A stretch of DNA of 64,000 nucleotides from Octopus sinensis (taxonomy: Eukaryota): assembly GCF_006345805.1 (NCBI RefSeq), contig NC_043000.1, positions 102,610,001 to 102,674,000 of the forward strand, written 5' to 3'. This document shows positions 53,430-64,000 of the stretch, piece by piece (position 1 is the stretch's first letter; every line of letters begins with the position of its first letter). The notes beneath the pieces were generated by a model. It was given only the letters and a program-made list of their open reading frames with translations. It made no database searches and was not told the origin of the DNA. A program made the translations under genes and the position numbers.

Positions 53430-53529
53430 NNNNNNNNNNNNNNNNNNNNNNNNNNNNNNNNNNNNNNNNNNNNNNNNNNNNNNNNNNNNNNNNNNNNNNN
53501 NNNNNNNNNNNNNNNNNNNNNNNNNNNNN
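53430..53529. other. assembly gap (100 N)
   Basis: Run of n; true length unknown. Confidence 0.99.
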
Positions 53530-54117
53530 ACATCCCTCAACATCATGGGTTTGGAGTGATCGCTAGTGATGGCAAAATTATGCATCCATTCATCTTCCCA
53601 CATGGCCCCAGCCACACATGGAGGCACACATCAAGTGCCTGGAAGAGGTACTGCTGCCCGGGTCAAGGAGTGGCTGCTGGAAGACTTTATGTCTTCAACA
53701 GAACTCTGTACCATGCCACACAAGCAGGAGAAGCCAGTCATGGCTGTCAGACAATTTCTACGACTACATCACCCCTAACATCTGGTCACCAACTCCCCAG
53801 ACTGCAACCCGCTTGCTTATTATGTGTGGAGCGGAGTTGAGCGGGAGACCAACAAAACTCCTTGAAATACCAAAGATGAACTGAAGGCAAGGACTATGCC
53901 AACTTAAACAAGGAGACCGTCCAGAGGAGTTGCAGGAGATTCTGAAGTCGTCCGGAGGCCGTAATTGAAGCCAATGGCGATTTTATTGAATAAATTTACT
54001 ATTTAGTATTTCAAGATGTTTTTATGTAATTTAGGTAAATATAACTGTTAAAATGAGATGTCAGTGTTATTTTTCACTTTTGTGGTATTTAGACGACAAT
54101 TTATTCACCGCACCCTG
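53530..54117 (+). pseudogene. Tc1/mariner-superfamily maT-like (DD37D) transposase 3' half with right terminus
   Basis: GVIASDG..MHPFIFPHG / LEEVLLP / QQNSVPCHTSRRSQSWLSDNF..ITPNIW / NSPDCNPLAYYVW...EANGDFIE*; 37-residue spacing between the (mutated) second and third Asp positions; ends ...caccgcaccctg. Confidence 0.85.
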
Positions 54118-54137
54118 CGCGCGTGTGTGTGTGTGTG

Positions 54138-54226
<89 letters not shown>

Positions 54227-54297
54227 TTGTGTGTGTGTGTGTGTGTGTGTATCCACGCCTGCACGTACGCTAAATAGATAAAGAACGTCTTTGTAAG

Positions 54298-54332
<35 letters not shown>

Positions 54333-55343
54333 ATAGTATGTATGTATATATATCTGTTTATAAATATATATAATGTATGTACATATATATATATGTATAA
54401 ATATATGTATGTATATATACATTTATGTATGTATATATGTATGCATATATACATACACACATATATATACATATATATGCATATATATACATATATATAC
54501 ATATATATGCATATATATACATATATATATATATAAATATATATATGCGCACATACATACCTACATATATATGTGTGTATGTATGTATACTTGTGCGTAC
54601 AGACGTGTAATTTTGATTGCTTAGACTGGCGCACGGCCAGACAAAGTACAGTTGATAAATGCTCCATACTGTGGTGTAGTACTGTTGGATATTTAAATCG
54701 ACCCAATCATTATCACTCACAGGATAAAAGGTAACGTTAACCACGATGGAATTTATACTCAGAACGTAAAGAACCGTTACTAAACAAGTATTATATTCTA
54801 CTTACTAAATTTACGACACCGACTTTCTGGACACTATTGGTCCGTAGCCTCTTATAATCCGTACTCATTTTCTAGTAAGGACTTCAAATTCTCTCGGGCG
54901 CCAGACTAGTTTTCAGGTACCTTGTACAATACAGTAATAAATAAATTTATATCATTTATGCGGATGTTCAGAGACCTGCATTTCAGTACTGCTAGTTTTC
55001 CGTAAACAACATTGCTAGGACTTGTACCTAGGAGAGCAACTTTCTAAGTGCAATCCCATGGTCATTCGTGACCAAAGGCGGTCTTTCCTATATAGACCTG
55101 CATTTTATTAATTATTGAAGTCAATTAAATATTTGCTTAAATTAGAATGTATTGACGAACGTGGCCGACTCTAAGTCAGAAAAATCAGGCATGGCTGTGT
55201 GGCAAGAAGCTTGCTTTCCAGCGACATGGTTCCGGGTTCAGTCTCACTGCATGGCACCTTAGGCAAGGGTTTTCGACTATAGCCTTGGGCCGACCAAAGC
55301 CTTGTGAGTGGATTTGGTAAACGGAAACTGAAAGAAGATCGTC

Positions 55344-55376
<33 letters not shown>

Positions 55377-55566
55377 TGCCAAAATTAGAAACCGATATTT
55401 TGTCTAATTCCAGGATTAAACTAACCAATTTTCCTTCGTTTTAAGATGATAGGATATAATTTGCTTTTATTGCTTACCTGCTGTTATAATGTAGGTGCAG
55501 TATAGTCGAATGTTTAAGAATTTCGTTTCGAAATTCCGAGGCTTCGGTTTCGAACCTCGGACTCAC

Positions 55567-55679
55567 CTATATCTTGCGAGTGAAATTGAAAACGGAAACT
55601 GTATAGAAGCGCGTCGATTGAATTGTACTCGTAATTTAATGGTACAGCCTTATCGCACTCTGTGTCAAGACGATTCTGC
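55567..55679 (-). CDS. candidate host-gene exon (phase 2-1), QNRLDTECDKAVPLNYEYNSIDALLYSFRFQFHSQDI
   Basis: Acceptor ctttacataattcctag|G, consensus donor ATAG|gtgagt, 113-nt open frame with protein-like composition in unique sequence. Confidence 0.6.
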
Positions 55680-55711
55680 CTAGGAATTATGTAAAGAGCA
55701 CATGTTATTGG

Positions 55712-56060
55712 ATGAAGGTGCGTGGTCGAGTGCTTAAAGTGTTGCACTCACGATTGCAAGATTGTGGTTTCGATTCCCGGACTAGGCAGTTCATTGTGCT
55801 CATGAGCAAAACAATTTGTTTCTATTTTATCCAGTCCACTCAATTTCAAATGAGTAACTTTGCAACGGACTGGCGTCCCGTCCAGGAGCAATGTTGTAAT
55901 GACAATCACTTATACGCCATGAAATGCGGTAATGTCTAGGAATTAATAATGATAATGATGATGATGATGACGTCATGTTTTCTTTGGAATGCTCAGCCAC
56001 TTACATGTAATTCAGGAGCAGGTAATTCGGTTGACTGGACAACTGAATCTTCATTGGTGA
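55712..56060 (+). mobile_element. old tRNA-derived SINE with a gcaacggactggcgtcccgtccagg central motif and a family-B-like tail
   Basis: tRNA-like head gaaggtgcgtggtcgagtgcttaaag...ggtttcgattcccgg; tail ctcagccacttacatg shared with family B. Confidence 0.6.
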
Positions 56061-56795
56061 ACAACGGAGAACTATCCATTCATTCATTCATTTATTCAGT
56101 ATTTTTACCAGATTGTTGTCAAAAGATAATACGGTCTTCGCCCAATGTTTCTGGCTAATAATATTCATACCTTTGTAACGGCTTCACCAGAAAGCAAAAA
56201 TAAATAAATAGATAGATAAATAAATATACATGCCAGTGGGGAAAAATCTCTTATTAAATATATACCTGGTGTTACTCGGATAGAAAATTCCAAGCATATC
56301 GTAAAAGGTTAAAACACCGTGAATTTCATAATAATATATTCCATTTGTTGGAAAAATTGCTCGGCCATATAAATCTAATATTAAAATAAAAATGAAACGA
56401 TGACGACGATGATGATGGTGGTGGTGGTGGTGGTGGTGGTGGTGGTGGTAGTGGTGTTTATGACGATGGTAATGACTGACGATGACGATGGTGATTTACA
56501 ACCGATGTTGGTGTGTTTACGTTTCATAACTTGGTGGTTCAGCAGAGGAGATCGATAGAATAAGCACCAAGCTTACAAAGAATAAGTCCAGGGATCGATT
56601 TCTTCGACCAAAAGGTGGTGCTCCAGCATGGTTACAGGTAAATGACAGAAACAAATAAAACAATAAAAGTTTAAACCCGAAATATGATATGTTTCAACAT
56701 TCGATTTCACATCAAACGTATTTATATATATATATTTTTTGTTTGGCCCAAACATCGAAGTCACTGTCAACAACATTCTCGTTTAAGAATAATGC

Positions 56796-56829
<34 letters not shown>

Positions 56830-57407
56830 TGAGTGTGTCTTTGTTTGTGTGTGTGTTTGTGAGTGTGTGTGTATTTCTGTGTGTGAGTGTGTGTGTGTGA
56901 GTGTGTGTGCGTGCACGTACGTGTATGAGTGTGCGCGCGCACGCGTATGTGTATAATAGGCCATTTCGGTCAAACTCCTTTCTTTTGGCAGTCAGTTATT
57001 GTAGCTTCGAGGAAGAAAAAGATGTGGGACTATTCTCTAATTTTCAATCGTTCGACTATGGATAGATTAACCAATATGATTGATCTATGGGATTAGACCA
57101 TTCCGAAATTTATCGAAACATGTGTAGGCCTTTTAAAAAAATCCATTATGTGTGTGTATTTTATATGTGGGAGTGTGTCTGTGTGTGCATGTGTGTTGGA
57201 ATGGTGACTCTCGAAACAGATAAAGTTGCCCATAGGCAGCCTTCAACGTTTTCTATCCAATGTATTTTAAACCCAGTAATTGTACATGTTATTTATAGCT
57301 TCATCTGCGTCGAGATCCACCGTTCCCAATAAGATTTATTTCACATATAGATTGTCGAAGCTGCAAAATTCTTATGACGTCAGCAGCGCACACACACACA
57401 CATATAC

Positions 57408-57440
<33 letters not shown>

Positions 57441-57769
57441 TGTATGTATGTATGTATGTATGTATGTATGTATTTATATAACTTATTTACGTGTAATATA
57501 AACACAGATTATATTTCTGAGCCGCATTTTCGTTCAGCAGACATTTTGGGTTATATATACATACATATACGGCTCCTTCGTTTTTAAGTGACCACGTCAT
57601 TTCTGATTAATCCATGAATGTGCACAGTCAGAGAAATTATCAAATGAACGAAACCGTGGTTCCAACGTGGATTCAGTGATTTTCATACAAATACAACAAG
57701 CATATAACAAAGCGTGCACGCTTCTAACACAAAATCTTATTGTGCACTTCTAAGCTTTGTACTTCAAAA

Positions 57770-57865
57770 AAACACTAACACCCAAACGCACATACGTACT
57801 TCACAAACGTAAATGTATATATAATATATATATATATACATATATACATATATATATATAAATAT

Positions 57866-57896
<31 letters not shown>

Positions 57897-57922
57897 TAGA
57901 TATATATATATATACTACATAC

Positions 57923-57957
<35 letters not shown>

Positions 57958-58160
57958 CATACATAAATATAATAAAAATGTGTGTGTATGTATGTATGTA
58001 TACAAATATATAAATGCATATATACATTTTACAAATGTGCGCGCGTGCGTGTATAGGTGAGTGTGTGAGTATGGTAGGAGGTGGCACGTTTGTGAGTGAA
58101 CATGCCCATCTTCTGTTTGTAAGTTCAGTTCAATTATGAAAGATAAACGGAACGTAAGTT

Positions 58161-58220
<60 letters not shown>

Positions 58221-58665
58221 ACACACACATGCCCAAACATACACACAAACAAAGACACAAACGTACATATACGTAAACAAATATTCATAATATATGTATA
58301 AATAAATATATATATATGTATGTATATACGCATATACGCATAAATTCATATACATAGATGCTTGTAGATATATATATATGTGTGTGTATGTGTATGTGTG
58401 TATGCGTATGTGTATGCACACATATACACATATATATATACATATATATACAAATGTATAAGCATACATAGACACAAAATATATATATATATATATATAT
58501 ATAATACATATATCTGCATACATGCAGCCACAAGCCTATATATGTGTGTGAGCATGTTGTGTGTGTGTGTGGTGTTTGTGTGTGTTTGTATGTGTGTGCA
58601 TAATATATGTCATTATACGAATACATATATAAAAATATGCATCTGTATGTGTGCATACTCTTATC

Positions 58666-58699
<34 letters not shown>

Positions 58700-59898
58700 C
58701 TTTAGCCTACTTGCATTACGCCGAAACGGATTAAAAACAGAAGTCATGACGTCATTAGCTGTTGTTTGGCTTTTATGCAACTTTATATAGTTTACTTCGA
58801 GTATATTACAGATATGGCTTTATATCTCAATGCTGGGTAGGCAATTACTTGCATTTTCTGAGATTTATGTGGTTTTGGGTGCAAGTGTTGCATTTGTTAA
58901 TACGTGCTTGAGTGTGTGTCTGTGTGTACGCATGCGTATTGGTTTATATATACATTGATACATACGGATGTATATGTGTATGTATATACATACATATATC
59001 TTATATATATATATGTATAAATATTTATATATATATACATATGTATAAATATATATGAACATATGAAAGTATGCACATATATATATATATATATATATGT
59101 GTGTTGTGTGTGTGTGTGTGTAATCATATAAACGTGTGTGTGTGTATATATATATATGTATATATATATATCTACATACACATATACATGTATATGTATA
59201 TGTGAATATATTTATATATTTTTACATGTACACATATATATGCACATATATATATGTGTATATATATATGCATATATATGCATATATATATACATACATG
59301 CATATGTATATCTGAATATATATATATTTACATATATACGCTCATATATATATGCATATAAGTATATATATATATATTATATATATATATATATGTATAT
59401 GTAACCATATAAACGTGTGAGGGCTATATATATATGTGTGTGTTTGTATATGTACATACATTCATATATACATGTATATATGTATATGTATATATGAATA
59501 TATATATATATTATATTTACATGTACACATATATATATGCATATATATGTGTGTATATATATGTATATATATACATGCATATATATATGCATACATGCAT
59601 ATGTATATCTGAATATATATATATATTTACATATATACGCATATATATATGCATATAAGTATATATGCATATAAGTATATATATACATACACACGCACAC
59701 ACACACACACACACACAAACACATATTATGTACACGCACAAAAGAAATTAGGATAAACATATTAAATAGAAGTATATATGCATATCTATATATACACACA
59801 GACACAAACATACACACAAACAGAAACACGTACAAACACACACACATATATACACACATACATACATACATACATACATACATACATACATACATACA

Positions 59899-59930
<32 letters not shown>

Positions 59931-60916
59931 CTTACACCTGTGCGTGTATGTGTTACCTGTGAGTGTACGTGTCCCAGGTGTTTGAGAATGTAGAACGGAA
60001 AGAATATAGATGCTTCTATCTGCGAATGCGTTAATATACGTACATACATTATGTGTATAACTGTATCAACCTGTCACATAAGTATATGCTTAGTTCGTAT
60101 ATATAACTATATACACACACACACATATATATTATTTATATATACATATGTGTGTGTGTGAGAGAGCGTGCGTGTATGTATATATCTAATTATATATGTG
60201 TGCTTACGTATATATAAACACATATATATCTATAGATACACACGAAGGTGTATACATAGCATATATTTGAGTGTGTGTGTGTTTTATTTATTTACCTATG
60301 TGTGTGTCTATAGATTTATATGTATGTAAATGTATGTTTATATATATGTATATACACAAACACATATACATAATCATATATATATGAGTGATAATATTAT
60401 ATATATATTATATCTATATATATATATAGCTTATAATACTCTACTTACAAATGCATGTCTATATATAGTCAGCTTTAAGGGTGCAGTGTACCTTTACGAT
60501 CTTAGCTGCGTATATATACATATCTATATTGTGCTTTATGTCTATGCATTCTGTAGTTGATTTACGCTTATATCTCTAGGTGTGTATATATACCACCTCA
60601 TAAATAAGTGAACACATTTGTGTGTATATATTAAGCACATTCAATGTTTGTAAAATGCATGCGTCTGTAATGCATGCACCTACACAAATATATGTAGGTA
60701 CATGCAAATGATGATGCACGCGTTTCGTGTTCGCCTTTAAACAGATATCTGATGTTGCGAACATGCACACATACGTGTGTAATGCATTTGCGTGCACATA
60801 TACACGTATGGCGATTTACGCTCGCATGCACTTATACAGGTATAACCATTCACCCACTTACACACACGCAAAAGCACGTACATATACACATACATACATC
60901 TCTCTCGCACTCTCTC

Positions 60917-60952
<36 letters not shown>

Positions 60953-61144
60953 AGTCTCTTTCTTAAACATGAATGAATATAGGTGTGTATGTATGTGTGC
61001 GGTATGTGCGGGTATATGTATGTGTGTGTGTGTGTGTGTGTGTGTACATCTCTCTCTCTTACTGTTTGTCTGTTCGTCTCTTTTTCGATATATATATGCA
61101 CACCACACACACATATATTTATCTACTGATTCATATATGCATAT

Positions 61145-61213
<69 letters not shown>

Positions 61214-61537
61214 TATATTATACATGCATACATATATATATGTATATATGTGCATAATAAACATATATATATATACATATGCACATATACATACATATAT
61301 ATGTATGCATGTATTTAAATATATATATATATATATATATAACATATAAATATGCATATATAAATCAGTATATAATATATATATGCGGGTGTGTGATGTG
61401 TATATATATATATATGTGTGTATGTGTATATATATGTATATATATATATATAATATATATATTCACACATGCACACATACACAAATCACACACACATATC
61501 ATGAACGTTATACATACATGCACACCACATACATGCA

Positions 61538-61582
<45 letters not shown>

Positions 61583-61748
61583 ATATATTATATATACATA
61601 CATACATACATACATACATACATAATATTATATATACACATACACACACACATATACCTATACATGCATATATATTTGTATATGTATGTCTATATATGTG
61701 TATTATATAGACATATCTTACGAGTGTTTGCGCTCGCGCATGTGCGTG

Positions 61749-61802
<54 letters not shown>

Positions 61803-62171
61803 TACGAGTTTATTTCCATCCAGCATGAAACATTGTCTTTCTGCTTGTAAATTAAAATTGACAAGTTGACAATCATATCTGAAGACTTGGAAATAAAACG
61901 GTATATTTCTTTAAAACACACTTCTTGCTATACAGCTTGTATTCAATATTTTACCAGATTCCAACCGATTAAACACTGTAGTAATTATGTGAATACAAGA
62001 AAAATACTATGAAAAACAAAAGAAAAAGGAGGAAAGAAAGAAAAGGTACAGTGTCACCAACAACAAATGCATAATAAGACGGAAATTAACACAAAATAGA
62101 ATACATACGCACACACACACATATATATATACATACGTATGCATATATATATATATATGTATATATCTAGA

Positions 62172-62202
<31 letters not shown>

Positions 62203-62360
62203 GGTATATATATACCTATATATATATATGTAATATATATATATATATATACGTATGCATATATATATATATATACACCACACACACACACACCCACACA
62301 CCACATATATATATATATATTATATGTATGTATATGTACATATATATAAACACAATAATA
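57770..62360. repeat. ~4.6-kb field of degenerate (TA)n/(CA)n/(TATG)n simple repeats
   Basis: Directly visible; nearly all ORFs here are low-complexity artefacts. Confidence 0.95.
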
Positions 62361-62653
62361 TATAATTAAAAAATATTAAAATGGAAGAATAGATATGCAT
62401 ATTTAGAATTTTGAATGTGAATATTGTATAAAAATAAAAGAACTGCAGCAACCGAAAGATGTATTTAATTGTAATGTGAGAGTATTGGAAGAATTTCTAT
62501 GTATAGATATATATTTCGATGCAAAGTCACATGTATGTGTGAGTATGTGTAACAATATAGAGATTTTTGTATAAGTTCATATCTGTATTGTAACCTTGTA
62601 TAATGTGGTGTGTTGCGTTGTTTGTGTGTATGAATGTATGTACTTACACCACG

Positions 62654-62698
<45 letters not shown>

Positions 62699-62802
62699 AT
62701 ATTAGGGAATAAATCCAAATTTACAGGGAAAAAATCAGATTTAGGATTAAATCCAATTTTATAGTAAAATTTTGCAAAATAGTGGTTTTGTCTCTATAAT
62801 AT

Positions 62803-62879
<77 letters not shown>

Positions 62880-62888
62880 ATATTATAT

Positions 62889-63032
<144 letters not shown>

Positions 63033-63889
63033 ATAGGCGTGGCTGTGTGGTAAGAAGTTTGCTTTGCAATCACATGGATTCAGTTTCACTTCCATTGTGT
63101 GGCACCTTGGGCAAGCGTCTTCTGCTCTAGCCTAGGGCCGACCAAAGGTTTGTGAGTGGATATGGCAGACGCAAACTGAAAGAAGCCCGTCGTGTGAATA
63201 TATCTATATATCTATGTGCGTGTCTTGTGGCTTTAATTAGTTTAAATGTACACAAATGCATAAAAATAATTTTTAATTCCATTAGACATTCTAAAATACT
63301 ATTAAATTTCATTCAATTTTATAAAAGGTAAAATCGGAAAGAACTTATGGGATGACCTCATAAAAATTTCATTTAACTCGAAGTGATTTGAAGGGCCGAT
63401 ACCAAAACAGAAGACATACCACGCCACTGGGAAAACACCTGTTTGATTTTGCAGGTAGTATTTCTAAATAATCTAATCCCTTATCCTGCCGGCTGGTTAA
63501 CTGAGGTAATATAAAATAAAGATTACGATCCAAGAACACAACAGAACGCCTGAAGCGCTTTTGTGACACGCAACATATGAGCTCTCAGTTATCTTGCTTT
63601 TACATACCGAACCAATTGCTGTCATTAGATAAACAGTTCTTCTCCCCCGCTACTTTCCAATCATATAATCTAACAAGGTCAACAATTGTCCCTATTCTTG
63701 TATACTTCATTAGTACGAAAATGTTTTATTTAACGGATATATGTTTGATTTTTAAAAATCCCTGTCGTCTCATTTTAGTAAAATGTAAGTCACCATCATG
63801 ACAAACAATACAAAGCATTGTATTAGATGGCATGACAAACTGTCACAATAACCGATCCATTTTGCCAAACATGGATCTTGTATCGTACA

Positions 63890-64000
63890 GCTAATTATGC
63901 GGTAATTGTTTCTATGCCTGCGTTTGGAAAACGACTCTAGTCTTTTTTTTAGTATCCCATAGGTCTGTGTTAATATATTCAATTTATCCGCCAAACACAC
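63890..64000 (-). pseudogene. C-terminal tail of a PLE GIY-YIG endonuclease, continuing beyond the window edge
   Basis: CLADKLNILT....LKKRLESFSKRRHRNNY parallels CIAERAKIL...LNSHKEVFSKCIH at 41125-41260. Confidence 0.6.

Noticed and set aside
63370-63560. LKGRYQN...PLGKHLF resembling a PLE endonuclease, with a nearby CTGAAG/ACATATG motif
   Set aside because: Similarity is too short and the ribozyme fold is incomplete.

Overview
Eukaryotic, AT-rich, extremely microsatellite- and SINE-dense genomic DNA. The repeat families look like those of Octopus (inference from recall, no database search run). Almost all six-frame ORFs supplied are artefacts of (TA)n/(CA)n/(TATG)n/(TCTA)n tracts. Real coding-derived sequence is transposon-derived: a near-full-length RTE LINE (minus, ~17.5-20.9 kb; 3 in-frame stops plus one microsatellite frameshift), Penelope-like element (PLE) GIY-YIG and RT-linker relics, three R4/Dong-type restriction-like-endonuclease LINE ends, a CR1/L2-group LINE 3' end, maT (DD37D) and mariner relics, Helitron-like non-autonomous elements, and several tRNA-derived SINE families (labelled A-D here). 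The main unannotated signal is a set of type I hammerhead-ribozyme folds found by eye. Two copies of one family (12851-12936 plus, 22020-22112 minus) share a 12-bp stem II, a 31-nt loop II and an 8-nt palindromic helix III, with compensatory base changes. Further intact-core or degenerate copies lie at 2331, 3355, 13747, 15194, 26772, 39379, 40949 and 48608, two of them directly downstream of PLE endonuclease relics. There are also many near-perfect local hairpins, and three phase-compatible candidate exons of an unidentified minus-strand host gene (55567-55679, 47319-47380, 41971-42042). All coordinates and alignments were derived manually; repeat boundaries are approximate.
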